Source: Deltaproteobacteria bacterium (GTDB lineage Bacteria; Desulfobacterota; GWC2-55-46). Taken from it: a stretch of 64,000 nt of DNA. Below, one piece after another: positions 9,589 to 18,560 of this stretch. The stretch lies in the NCBI GenBank assembly GCA_020846435.1, contig JADLDY010000039.1:16919-80918 (forward strand), read 5' to 3'. Under the pieces are notes generated by a model that did no database searches, was not told the DNA's origin, and saw only the letters and a list, made by a program, of their open reading frames with translations. A program made the position numbers and the translations under genes. Positions within the stretch are counted from its first letter, which is position 1. Every line of letters starts with the position of its first letter.

Positions 9589-9900
9589 TTAGCCCTTTAT
9601 TTCCTGGATCTTTATGCTGGTGAAGAACTGACGATGGCCCTGCCTCTTGTCGTAGCCCTTCCTTCTCTTCTTCTTGTAGATGATGACCTTCTTGCCCTTG
9701 TCCTGCGCGAGTATCTCGGCTGTGACCCTGGCTCCGGCAACGGTCGGGGTGCCAATCTTGATGCCTGCGCCCTCGCCTACGGCAAGGACCTCGGAGATCT
9801 CAACCTTTGAACCGGGCTCGCCGTCAAGCTTCTCGATATTTACTACGTCGCCTTCGGTGACCCTGTACTGTTTTCCACCTGTCTTTATAACCGCGTACAT
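9589..9900 (-). CDS. rplU: 50S ribosomal protein L21
   Basis: MYAVIKTGGKQYRVTEGD… canonical L21. Confidence 0.97.
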   Translation of the reverse strand: MYAVIKTGGKQYRVTEGDVVNIEKLDGEPGSKVEISEVLAVGEGAGIKIGTPTVAGARVTAEILAQDKGKKVIIYKKKRRKGYDKRQGHRQFFTSIKIQEIKG

Positions 9901-9935
9901 CTCTTTTTGCCCTCCGGTAATATTGAATGTTAAAT

Positions 9936-9962
9936 ATTATAGGTTTTGCGACGGCCTGTCAA
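9936..9962 (-). promoter_or_regulatory. Putative sigma70 promoter of rplU-rpmA-obg (TTGACA-N15-TATAAT on minus strand)
   Basis: Consensus hexamers TTGACA (9962..9957) and TATAAT (9941..9936) read on the minus strand, about 36 nt upstream of the rplU ATG. Spacer is 15 nt, which is suboptimal. Confidence 0.45.
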
Positions 9963-10099
9963 GACCTTTATAACAAAATAAAGCAGCACACTGCTTTCGG
10001 CGAGCATCATAGCCGGCTGGCTCCGGGACAACCACGGCCCGGGCGGCCTTTTTCTACGGGGCCGCGATGTCGGCTATTGCCGCCGCGCTTTTCACAGGG

Positions 10100-11032
10100 C
10101 TAAGGGTTGGCGGAAGTCGACAAACCTGACGTAATCGCCAGAGGCTTTGCCGTCTTTTTAGCGCCGCTTGCCGGGATTACCTCCCTTAACTTGCCCTTGA
10201 CGTCGCCGAACATCACCAGGTCCTTGGCAATAGCCTGGACAGGGAGCATTCCCTTTGTGAAGAATATCTCTATGTCTCCGCTGGAAGAGCCGAAGAGGTC
10301 CTTGTCTATCCTCGCGTCGGCGAGGAGGTCGGAAGGGACCCCCTTCCAGTTCCGCCGCTTGAACTCCTTTTCAGGGGCGATGCGTATGAATATCTCGGGG
10401 ATCTTATCTTCCTTGGGGAAGGTCATTATCCTGTAATCCCTGCCCTCAGCTATGCCGCCGTAGACGCCGTACCTGAAGTTATAAAAGGCGGCCAGCGGGT
10501 CGTCGGTATAAACGCCAGCCGGGATCTTGTCGACGCTGGTCTTTTCAGGCTTGCCCCCTCCCCAGCTCCTCATGCTGACAGTGCGCGAGGAGTAGTCAAC
10601 CTTGTGCAGGCTCCGCCTCGTGCCCTTGCCGTCCATGGTGAGCTCTTTTTCAAAGCTCTCGGTCAGAAACCTCCTGCCGTCGTCAGAGAGCCTCAAGGTA
10701 GCGGTATACCTGTCGCGCCTGTGCTTCAAGATGGTGTCGAGCACGCCGTTCGACTTGGCGGAAAGGGTCGCCACATACCTGCCATCGCCTTCGTCCTTCA
10801 GGACGAGACGGCCTTCGGCTATGCCGCTGAAGATCCAGAAGCCTATGTCGTACTGCAGCTCCTCGCCGGCAAAGACTTCACCTATCGAGGCCTCTTGCGG
10901 CGCCGCGGCGCAAACCCGCGAAACCGCGGCGAAAGAACAAAATATAATCAATATCAAAAAGACTGAAAAAACTTTTGAGCGCGTATGTTCCATCCTGTGA
11001 TTGTATTTGAAATCAGGCGTGGAATCAAGCAA
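10100..11032 (-). CDS. Exported protein of unknown function (signal peptide; possible DUF3108-like)
   Basis: 310-aa ORF. Probable true start at M14 (MEHTRSKVFSVFLILIIFCSFAAVS, a signal peptide), i.e. about 10993. No recognisable catalytic motifs. Confidence 0.6.
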   Translation of the reverse strand: MLDSTPDFKYNHRMEHTRSKVFSVFLILIIFCSFAAVSRVCAAAPQEASIGEVFAGEELQYDIGFWIFSGIAEGRLVLKDEGDGRYVATLSAKSNGVLDTILKHRRDRYTATLRLSDDGRRFLTESFEKELTMDGKGTRRSLHKVDYSSRTVSMRSWGGGKPEKTSVDKIPAGVYTDDPLAAFYNFRYGVYGGIAEGRDYRIMTFPKEDKIPEIFIRIAPEKEFKRRNWKGVPSDLLADARIDKDLFGSSSGDIEIFFTKGMLPVQAIAKDLVMFGDVKGKLREVIPASGAKKTAKPLAITSGLSTSANP

Positions 11033-11106
11033 ATGGCAAAACCAGATGGGTTGAGGCAGGGAGAAAAATATTTACAAGGATAACGGCATGTTATAATATC
11101 AACTCC

Positions 11107-11319
11107 ATGAAAACATTGACAACAGCCCTGATGATACTTTCCCTGTCCGCGCTCGTCTCCTGCTCAAAGGAAGATCCGGGCCAGAAGCCCTCAGGCGAGA
11201 TAGTGAAGGAGTACACAAAAACACTCTCAACGGCGCCTGACAAAGCCAGAGACGCCGGAGAAGCGTCGGAGCAACGCGACGACAGGATGAATGAAGCCAT
11301 AAAGGAGCTCGACAAATAA
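11107..11319 (+). CDS. Small lipoprotein (70 aa; lipobox LVSC)
   Basis: Signal peptide MKTLTTALMILSLSALVSC|SKE. Stop TAA abuts the GTG start of mobB. TATAAT box 19 nt upstream of the ATG. Confidence 0.55.
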   Translation: MKTLTTALMILSLSALVSCSKEDPGQKPSGEIVKEYTKTLSTAPDKARDAGEASEQRDDRMNEAIKELDK

Positions 11320-12003
11320 GTGGTGCCAATAGTCTCCATAGTAGGCAAATCCGGGAGCGGCAAGACGACCCTCCTCGAGAAGGTAATCTCCGAGCTCACC
11401 CGGCGCGGCTACACGGTCGGCGTCATAAAGCACGACGCGCACGGCTTTGAGATCGACCACGAGGGCAAGGACTCGTGGAGGCACAAAAAGGCTGGGGCTC
11501 AAACCGTCGCCATCTCCTCCCCTGAGAAGTTCGCGGTCATAAAAGACGTCTCTGTCGAATGGACGCCCGAGAGGATAATAGATTCATACCTCATCGACTC
11601 TGACATCGTCATAACAGAGGGTTTCAAGAAGTCAGCCTTCCCCAAGATAGAGGTCGTAAGGAAAGCCAACTCGACTCAGCCCGTGTGCGGCAACGACAAG
11701 AAGCTCCTCGCCTATGTCTCAGACTTCAAGGTGAGCGTCAAGCACCCCATATTCAAGCTCGACGACCACAAGGGGGTAGCCAGCTTCATCGAAAAAGAGA
11801 TAATAAAGAAGCACCAGAGCTCCGGAATAAGCCTCATAGTCGACGGCCAGAAGATAGAATTGAAGCCGTTCATTGAAAACCTCATAAGAGACGGCGTCAC
11901 TGGCATGATAAAGAGCCTAAAAGGCTGCTCAGGAGCAAAAGAAGTCGAGCTCAGGATAAGGCAGAGCAGACAAGCGGCAAAAACCACTTCCCGAAAAAAA
12001 TGA
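11320..12003 (+). CDS. mobB: Molybdopterin-guanine dinucleotide biosynthesis adapter protein MobB (GTG start)
   Basis: Walker A VSIVGKSGSGKTTLLEKV. MobB-like P-loop NTPase, overlaps mobA start by 4 nt. Confidence 0.8.
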   Translation: MVPIVSIVGKSGSGKTTLLEKVISELTRRGYTVGVIKHDAHGFEIDHEGKDSWRHKKAGAQTVAISSPEKFAVIKDVSVEWTPERIIDSYLIDSDIVITEGFKKSAFPKIEVVRKANSTQPVCGNDKKLLAYVSDFKVSVKHPIFKLDDHKGVASFIEKEIIKKHQSSGISLIVDGQKIELKPFIENLIRDGVTGMIKSLKGCSGAKEVELRIRQSRQAAKTTSRKK

Positions 12004-12599
12004 AACCGACCTTCTCAGGCGCCATCCTCGCCGGAGGCATGAGCCGGCGCATGGGCTTCAACAAGGCCTTCATCAAGTTGGACGGCATACCCATAATAGA
12101 ACGGGCCGGCCGCGCAATGGCCGCAGTCTTCAGCTCCCCGGTCATAATCGCCAACGACACGACCCTTTACAGCCACCTGGGCCTGCCGGTATACCCTGAC
12201 GTCATAAAAGACGCCGGGAGCCTCGGCGGCATATACACCGCCCTTTACCACTCCAAAGAAGAGTATGCCTTTGTCACGGCCTGCGACATGCCCTGGCTCG
12301 ATGCCGGGTGCATCAGGCGCGTCCTCGAGAACGTCGAAGGCGAAGACTGCGTCATCCCGCTCATATCGGGAAGGCTCCACCCAATGCACGCGGCCTGGTC
12401 AAAGAACTGCATGAAAGAGATCGAGACGATGATAGATGAAGGCAACCTCAGGATAAACGACCTCCTCGGGCGGCTGCGGATAAAAAAGCTCGGCGAGGAG
12501 AGTTTCAAGGGGCTGCCCATAGTAAAGTCTGTCGAGAACGTGAACACGAAAGACGACCTTGAAAGGACCGGCCTCGATGACGAAAGACAAAAGCCCTGA
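12000..12599 (+). CDS. mobA: Molybdenum cofactor guanylyltransferase MobA
   Basis: AILAGGMSRRMGFNKAF…, MobA nucleotidyltransferase signature. Confidence 0.85.
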   Translation: MKPTFSGAILAGGMSRRMGFNKAFIKLDGIPIIERAGRAMAAVFSSPVIIANDTTLYSHLGLPVYPDVIKDAGSLGGIYTALYHSKEEYAFVTACDMPWLDAGCIRRVLENVEGEDCVIPLISGRLHPMHAAWSKNCMKEIETMIDEGNLRINDLLGRLRIKKLGEESFKGLPIVKSVENVNTKDDLERTGLDDERQKP

Positions 12600-13401
12600 A
12601 AAGACAGGCATCCCCTCCCTCGAAGCCCTCATGGAACGGCTCAGGGCGCCTGACGGATGCCCCTGGGACAAAGAGCAGACGATGCAGAGCCTCACACCCT
12701 TCATTATAGAGGAAGCGTACGAGGTAGTCTCTGCAATCGACTCCGGCGACATGGACCACATCAGGGAAGAATTAGGCGACCTGCTTTTTCAGGTGATATT
12801 CGTATCTCAGTTGGCAAAAGAAGAAGGCCGGTTCACCCTCTCCGATGTAATCGCCGGGTCGCACGAGAAGATGGTCCGCCGCCACCCCCACGTATTCGGC
12901 GAAAGCAATGCCGACACATCTGAAGCTGTCTTGAAGCAATGGGCCGAGATAAAGAAGGCCGAAAAAAAGGGCCTTGGTAAATCAGAAGGCTATCTTTCCG
13001 GCATACCAGAAGTGCTCCCTGCGCTCCTTCGCGCCCACAAGATAAGCCAGAAGGCGTCAAAGGCGGGCTTTGACTGGCAGAGCGTTGAAGAGGTATTGGA
13101 CAAGCTCGACGAGGAGACAGGCGAGTTCAAGGAAGCGGTCAAGAGCAGGACGGCCGCTGACATGGAAGAGGAGCTCGGGGACATGCTATTCACCATGGTC
13201 AACATAGGCAGATTTCTGCAGGTCAACCCTGAAGACGCGCTTCGCAGAACGATATCAAAGTTCATCTCCCGCTTCCACCACGTTGAGAGGTCTCTCATAC
13301 AAAAGGGGGGTGACCTCTCAACCGCTGAGATGAGCGAGATGGAGAGGCTCTGGCAGGAGGCAAAGGCCTCTGAAAAAAAGAACGCAAAAACAGGGGGTTA
13401 A
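12577..13401 (+). CDS. mazG: Nucleoside triphosphate pyrophosphohydrolase MazG
   Basis: Tandem MazG EExxE motifs (EEAYEV…EELGDLLFQV; EETGEFKEAV…EELGDMLFTMV). Start chosen at ATG 12577 (AAAGGA SD) rather than 12559; overlaps mobA 3' end. Confidence 0.8.
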   Translation: MTKDKSPEKTGIPSLEALMERLRAPDGCPWDKEQTMQSLTPFIIEEAYEVVSAIDSGDMDHIREELGDLLFQVIFVSQLAKEEGRFTLSDVIAGSHEKMVRRHPHVFGESNADTSEAVLKQWAEIKKAEKKGLGKSEGYLSGIPEVLPALLRAHKISQKASKAGFDWQSVEEVLDKLDEETGEFKEAVKSRTAADMEEELGDMLFTMVNIGRFLQVNPEDALRRTISKFISRFHHVERSLIQKGGDLSTAEMSEMERLWQEAKASEKKNAKTGG

Positions 13402-13560
13402 AGAGATGTCCCCACAAACTGTGGATAACATGTTTAAAAGTAGCCCATTGCAAAAACCTTTTAAACCGGATTTGGCGGGGCCTGCGTTGATTGCTTAATT
13501 TTTAATCAGCATTTTCGCTTTATTTTACAATGAGTTAAGCCGTTTCAGCCCCTTTTTCAA

Positions 13561-15129
13561 TTAAGCCGCTTTTTTGCCACGCTTTTGTAAAAAACCCTTT
13601 AAAAACGCAAGCTCAGTCACGCCAAGGAGCATCGAGGCCATAATGTAGGCCGCGAGACCAGCCGCCAGAGATACGGCGACCAGCAGGACATTCGCGCCGC
13701 TTCCGGCGACAGAAGAGCCGAACTCGCGGACTATGAAGTAGACGACGAGCCCCATCACGACAGACGCGGCGAGCGACTTCAAGCCTGAGATGAGGACCTC
13801 TCTTCCTCCAAAACGGCCGAGCCTCATCTTGAGTATCACGAAGAGCACGACGCAGTTGACCGAAGACGAGATGGTAGTCGCCAGAGCCAGCCCGTCATGG
13901 CCCATCGGCCCGACGAGGGCGAAGCAGAAGGCGGCGTTCGCGACAAACGCGAGGAAAGCGACCCACACCGGGGTCGCCGTGTCCTTCATGGAATAAAAGA
14001 CCGAGATGAATATCCTCGACACAGCGACAGGCACGAGCCCGAGCGCGTACCAGTAGAGGGCGGAAGCAGTGCCCGCGGCGTCAAGGGACGTGAACTCCCC
14101 GCGCCTGAAGAGGGCGTCGACTATGGGGACTGAGAGGACAAGAAGGCCGACTGTCGCCGGTATGGTGACGAAGTTCACGAGCCTTACAGCGAACGAGAGA
14201 GAGCTTTTGACCCCGTCCCACTCCTTTTTGGCGACCTGCTCGGAGAGGGTCGGCAATACAGCGGTCGTGACCGAGACGGCGAATATGCCAAGCGGCAGCT
14301 CCATCAGCCTGCCTGCGTAATAAAGGTACGAGACTGCGCCTTCAGGAAGGCTTGATGAGAACCACATCGTGACAAAGAGGTTGAGCTGATAAATGCCGAT
14401 GCCGAAGGTCGCCGGGGCCATGAGGATGAAGATCTTTTTTATGGCCGGGTCTGAGAACCTGAAAGAGAGAGTCGGCATCATGCCGAACTTCGCCAGGTAC
14501 GGGAGCTGAATGAGGAGCTGCAATACCCCTCCGACGAGCACGCCTATGACAATGGAGTAGACCGGGCTCACGAGCAGAGGGGCTATGGCGAAGACGCTCG
14601 CGATTATGGCGAGGTTGAAAAATACCGGGGCAAGGGCCGGGGCCGCGAAGTGCCTGTAAGAGTTCAAAACTCCCATGGCTATGGCCATGAGCCCGATGAA
14701 GACCATGTAAGGGAAGAGAAGACGGGTTAACGATACGGTAAGGCTGAATTTTTCCGGATCAGAGGCAAAGCCCGGGGCCATGAGGCGGACTATCTCCTCA
14801 GAGAAGACCATTCCCAGGGCGCAAACCGCCATGAGAATGACGGCAAAGAGGGTAAAGACGCTGGAAGAGAGCTCCCTTGTCGACTCGACCGTCCTCAGGC
14901 CCTTCTCTTCGGTGAATATCGGGACGAACGAGGAGGTAAGCGCGCCCTCGCCGACGAGCCTTCTCAAGAGGTTCGATATCCTGAAGGCCATGAAAAAGGC
15001 GTCGGCAAAGAGGCCCGCGCCAAAGACATAGGCTATGGCCGCGTCCCTGGCGTAGCCGAGGACACGGCTCAGGGAGGTAGCGGCGGAGATCACTGTTGCC
15101 GCCCCGGCTATCCTCTTTTCATGGCTCAT
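13561..15129 (-). CDS. murJ: Lipid II flippase MurJ (MviN)
   Basis: 522 aa polytopic membrane protein. N-terminal LSRVLGYARDAAIAYVFGAG…FFMAFRISNLLRRL is the MurJ signature. Confidence 0.9.
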   Translation of the reverse strand: MSHEKRIAGAATVISAATSLSRVLGYARDAAIAYVFGAGLFADAFFMAFRISNLLRRLVGEGALTSSFVPIFTEEKGLRTVESTRELSSSVFTLFAVILMAVCALGMVFSEEIVRLMAPGFASDPEKFSLTVSLTRLLFPYMVFIGLMAIAMGVLNSYRHFAAPALAPVFFNLAIIASVFAIAPLLVSPVYSIVIGVLVGGVLQLLIQLPYLAKFGMMPTLSFRFSDPAIKKIFILMAPATFGIGIYQLNLFVTMWFSSSLPEGAVSYLYYAGRLMELPLGIFAVSVTTAVLPTLSEQVAKKEWDGVKSSLSFAVRLVNFVTIPATVGLLVLSVPIVDALFRRGEFTSLDAAGTASALYWYALGLVPVAVSRIFISVFYSMKDTATPVWVAFLAFVANAAFCFALVGPMGHDGLALATTISSSVNCVVLFVILKMRLGRFGGREVLISGLKSLAASVVMGLVVYFIVREFGSSVAGSGANVLLVAVSLAAGLAAYIMASMLLGVTELAFLKGFLQKRGKKAA

Positions 15130-15151
15130 CTCAAAGAGCCCCTAAAGGACT

Positions 15152-15180
15152 TGACAAGGGGGGCAAAAAAGAATATCATC
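15152..15180 (+). promoter_or_regulatory. Putative sigma70 promoter for rpsT (TTGACA-N17-TATCAT)
   Basis: Consensus -35 TTGACA 15152..15157 and -10 TATCAT 15175..15180. Predicts a ~130-nt leader containing the hairpin AAGCCGC-GAGA-GCGGCTT (15279..15296). Confidence 0.45.
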
Positions 15181-15315
15181 GTGTTTTGTCCGACCCCGGA
15201 GAAGAGTATTTTCTATTTCCGGCTACGATTGACAACATTAGCAGATTTGGCCTTTAAAGGGTAGGAAAATTAAAAGGAAAGCCGCGAGAGCGGCTTATTA
15301 ACGGAGGGTATCAAG

Positions 15316-15576
15316 TTGGCTAACCACGCGTCAGCAATAAAAAGGCACAAGCAGAGCGAGAAGAGGAGACTGAGGAACGCCACAGTGAAGTCTTCCCTCA
15401 GGACCGCCGTAAAGAAGGTAAAGGAAGCCCAGACAGCCGGAAAGGCCGACGAGGCGAAGACAAACCTCCTGCAGGCGGTCTCCGAGCTTGACAAGGCCGT
15501 GTCAAAGGGCGTCCTCCACAGGAACAACGCCGCCAGGAAGATCGCAAGGCTTACAAAGCAGCTCAACCAGAAGTAA
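15316..15576 (+). CDS. rpsT: 30S ribosomal protein S20 (TTG start)
   Basis: MANHASAIKRHKQSEKRRLRN… canonical S20. GGAGGG SD 7 nt upstream of TTG. Confidence 0.95.
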   Translation: MANHASAIKRHKQSEKRRLRNATVKSSLRTAVKKVKEAQTAGKADEAKTNLLQAVSELDKAVSKGVLHRNNAARKIARLTKQLNQK

Positions 15577-15596
15577 GCCTCTCTTTCATAGAGTTC

Positions 15597-15630
15597 AAAA
15601 AGCCTCCGGGAGACCGGAGGCTTTTTTTGT
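15597..15630 (+). terminator. Rho-independent terminator of rpsT
   Basis: AGCCTCCGG-GAGA-CCGGAGGCT followed by T7. Confidence 0.85.
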
Positions 15631-15639
15631 TGTCCTGTC

Positions 15640-15850
15640 ATCGCCGTTTGCCTCCCCCTTTGTAAAGGGGGACTGAGGGGGATTATTGGTTTTGAGAATA
15701 ATCTCCCCTGCCCCTCTTTAAGAAGGAAGTGGAAAAAAGTCTATCCTCCTGAGCGAGTGAGCCAAAGCCCTGAGCTAAGCGAAGGGGAAGAATCCCGTGC
15801 TTACCCTCCCCTTTACAAAGGGGGATTACTTGTCATTCCAAGTAACAGCA
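15640..15850. repeat. Cluster of REP-like palindromic elements (copy B of TGAGGGGGATTA…TAATCTCCCCTGCCCCTCTT core plus two CCCCCTTT-NNN-AAAGGGGG hairpins)
   Basis: 15654..15671 CCCCCTTTGTAAAGGGGG; 15674..15719 core shared with 861..900; 15808..15825 CCCCTTTACAAAGGGGG. Confidence 0.55.
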
Positions 15851-15968
15851 GGCGGCGCAGAATCACGTATTCCGGATAAATATCCGTTTGACAGTTTTCG
15901 CCGTAGTTGATAGCATTCTGTGCTGCGCTGAAATCGAGAAAAAGCAGATCGACTTCTAAAAGGTGTAA

Positions 15969-16592
15969 ATGGAAAGACTCTACAAAGGCGTACTCAAATT
16001 CCAGGAGTCGTACTTCAAGAAGGAAAAAGACTTCTTCAAGAGGCTCTCCAAGGGGCAGGACCCGGACGTCCTGTTCATGACCTGTTCGGACTCGCGCGTC
16101 GACCCGCAGCTCGTCACGCAGACCGGCCCTGGCGACCTGTTCATCTTGAGGAACATCGGCAATATAATCCCTCCGTTCAACGCCCTGAAAGACAAGAACT
16201 CGACAGCCGCGGCAATTGAGTACGCGGTCATGGTATTGAAAGTTTCCGACATCATCGTGTGCGGACATTCCAACTGCGGGGCCATAAGAGCCCTCCTCGG
16301 GGACGAAAAGGAACTCGAGGGCATGCCCCACCTCCGTGATTGGCTGCGTATCGCCCACCCTGTCAAAGAGCATGTCGTGAGCGTCTTCGGCAACGAATCG
16401 ACAGAAGTCATACAGTGCTACACTGAAAAAGAGAATGTCCTCGAGCAGATCGAGAACATCGAGACCTATCCATTCGTGGAGAAAGCGATACTCGAAGGCA
16501 GGCTCTTTTTGCACGGCTGGTACTTCGACATAGGCACGGGCCGCATGTCAGCCTATGTCCCGAGCGAGAACAGGTTCGAAGAGATTAAGTAA
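15969..16592 (+). CDS. Beta-class carbonic anhydrase
   Basis: CSDSRV and GHSNCGA zinc-ligand motifs typical of beta-CA (CynT/Can family). Confidence 0.9.
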   Translation: MERLYKGVLKFQESYFKKEKDFFKRLSKGQDPDVLFMTCSDSRVDPQLVTQTGPGDLFILRNIGNIIPPFNALKDKNSTAAAIEYAVMVLKVSDIIVCGHSNCGAIRALLGDEKELEGMPHLRDWLRIAHPVKEHVVSVFGNESTEVIQCYTEKENVLEQIENIETYPFVEKAILEGRLFLHGWYFDIGTGRMSAYVPSENRFEEIK

Positions 16593-16613
16593 GGGACTCT
16601 ATTGAGATAGAAG

Positions 16614-16650
16614 AAAGCCTCCGTGGAGACCCGGAGGCTTTCTTGTTTTC
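16614..16650 (+). terminator. Rho-independent terminator of carbonic anhydrase gene
   Basis: AAGCCTCCG-TGGAGAC-CCGGAGGCTT then T-rich run (tcttgttttc). Confidence 0.75.
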
Positions 16651-16721
16651 GTTGTTGCACAGACATTGTGTTGGGTTACGCTCCGCTAAACCAACCTACA
16701 AGCTAACCCAACCTGCAAAAT

Positions 16722-17009
16722 TTAAAGAGAAATATCAACTTCCACTAACTTTCGTGCCACAATTCGAAGTGACTCCTTACTACATTCAAATCCCATGTAT
16801 TCCGTTTCTATCTGGCAAAGCAATTCCATAAGCTTTTCCTCAGATCTTGTTCTGGAAAGAACTCCATAAATTTTTCCAATGTACTCATCATATTCATCTT
16901 GTGCTTCTTGGATATCTGACACACCAATTGGATCCCAATCAGACAATAATATGGTTCGGATCTTATTCTGAATCTGTTTGACTTTCTTTTGAGCTTTTTT
17001 ATGATTCAT
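16722..17009 (-). CDS. Hypothetical acidic protein (95 aa) encoded in a low-GC (~38%) islet; possibly an orphan immunity-like protein
   Basis: Only long ORF in the AT-rich segment 16651..17086. No SD. Composition is atypical for this genome. Confidence 0.4.
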   Translation of the reverse strand: MNHKKAQKKVKQIQNKIRTILLSDWDPIGVSDIQEAQDEYDEYIGKIYGVLSRTRSEEKLMELLCQIETEYMGFECSKESLRIVARKLVEVDISL

Positions 17010-17086
17010 CTATATAAACCAAAAAATTTAAAAGAGCCTTCTCAGAGATTCAGCTCGCACAGTTTAATCCAACGAAAAAGATAACA

Positions 17087-18046
17087 TCAACCCTTCCCGC
17101 ACAGCTCCATAATAAGCCTCGGCAGGACAACGGCCACAGGCGCTCTTCCGGTCTTGAAGTCGGTATCAGCTTTGGCGAGCTTGCTGATGGCCTCGATAAG
17201 TTCCACCTCGGCAAAGAGCCTGCTGCGTCTCACGTAATCGTCCGCGTGCTTGGGGAAAAGGCCGACAAGGCTGGGAAGCTTTGAGGCTGGCTCCCCCTTC
17301 CTGAGGAATGATTTTATCTTGAGGAGCGTCCTCATCTGTCTTGAGATCGCGCCCAGGATCTTTATCGGCTCTTCATCCGAGACCCGCTCGTAGACGCGGA
17401 AGGCGGCCTTCACATCCTTTTTACCTATCGCGTCAGACAGATTGAATATCGACTCTTCACGGCAGTCGAGGCCCGACTCCTCTACATCCTTGTCGTCTAT
17501 CTCTTCCTTGTCGCCGACGAAGAGCACGATTTTATCGAGCTCGCCCTTTATATCGCGCAGCCTGTTTCCCGATGTCTGAAGGAGCTTGGCCGCGGCGGAC
17601 GCAGAGACCTTCTTCCCCTGCTTGGCCGCGTCTTCCTTTATCCACCTCAAGAGCTCGTTGTCGCCGAGACGGTTGCAGGCTTTCAGAAAGCCTTTTTCAT
17701 CGAGCGTCTTTATGAACGCGGAGCTCCTGTCGGCTTTAGCGTCCAATGAGATGAAGACGAGACAGGTCGTAGGCGACGGGTCTTTCACATACTCGGCGAG
17801 TATCTTCTCCTGCGCGGCCTTTAGCGACTCTGCGCCCTTTACCACGACGAGACGCCATTCGGCAAAAGCGGGCATTGTGGAAGCGGTAGAGACAAGCTCT
17901 CCTGCGTCGAGCGTCTTGCCCTCGTAGACATGGTAGTTCATCGACGCGAAGCCTCCGGTCAACGCCTCCTTCCTTATCTTCTCGAAGGCGTCCTCCATGA
18001 GGTAGTCGTCAGTGCCGAAAAAATAATAGACAGGCTTCAACGCCAT
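17087..18046 (-). CDS. holA: DNA polymerase III delta subunit HolA
   Basis: MALKPVYYFFGTDDYLMEDA… HolA N-terminus. Start chosen at M19 of the 337-aa ORF so it abuts rather than overlaps lptE. Confidence 0.85.
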   Translation of the reverse strand: MALKPVYYFFGTDDYLMEDAFEKIRKEALTGGFASMNYHVYEGKTLDAGELVSTASTMPAFAEWRLVVVKGAESLKAAQEKILAEYVKDPSPTTCLVFISLDAKADRSSAFIKTLDEKGFLKACNRLGDNELLRWIKEDAAKQGKKVSASAAAKLLQTSGNRLRDIKGELDKIVLFVGDKEEIDDKDVEESGLDCREESIFNLSDAIGKKDVKAAFRVYERVSDEEPIKILGAISRQMRTLLKIKSFLRKGEPASKLPSLVGLFPKHADDYVRRSRLFAEVELIEAISKLAKADTDFKTGRAPVAVVLPRLIMELCGKG

Positions 18047-18047
18047 A

Positions 18048-18560
18048 TCAGAACCCTTCCAGCATCCGCTCTTTGACGAGGCGGGCAGTGTCCCTGGCAA
18101 GCTTTTTAAGGGCGGCCTCTTCCCTCTCGGTCGTCTCTGTTACGTTGTTTATATTGACGGTGAAGTCCTCGTAGTCTGTGACGGCGTCTTCGTGCCAGAG
18201 TATCTGGCCGCTGCCCCTGTCGACTATCGAGAGAGCGAGCTCGACCGTGAGCCTGTATTCCTGGTTGATGTCGCTCTTGGTGAAAGAGACAGGCGTAAGC
18301 TCATATTTGTTTATTATCCCGTACATGGCGTGAGGAGCCCTGCCCTCGACCTTGACTGTCGTGACCAGTTCGGTCACGAACGCGGAAGTCAGGTCTGACT
18401 CTATATCCGGCTTGATGGTCCTGTTCTCGAAGACCGGTATGGCGAGGCTTTCAACGCCGCCGGGCATGCGCCCGCCCTTGCCAGCGATGTGATAGCCGCA
18501 GCCAGAAAAAAACAGTAACGCCAGGAACGCCAGAGCCGTTTTTACATATCCGCTTTTCAC
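18048..18560 (-). CDS. lptE: LPS-assembly lipoprotein LptE
   Basis: Lipoprotein signal ([13 protein letters not shown]) and LptE/RlpB-like body. Located in the conserved leuS-lptE-holA order with 4-nt ATGA overlap with leuS. Confidence 0.85.
   Translation of the reverse strand: MKSGYVKTALAFLALLFFSGCGYHIAGKGGRMPGGVESLAIPVFENRTIKPDIESDLTSAFVTELVTTVKVEGRAPHAMYGIINKYELTPVSFTKSDINQEYRLTVELALSIVDRGSGQILWHEDAVTDYEDFTVNINNVTETTEREEAALKKLARDTARLVKERMLEGF

Noticed and set aside
9961-10099. GC-rich stems (AAAGCAGCACACTGCTTT; GGCCCGGGCGGCC+T5) between rplU promoter and the exported-protein gene
   Set aside because: Orientation and T-tract do not fit either flanking gene as a terminator. Too short and degenerate to call a feature.
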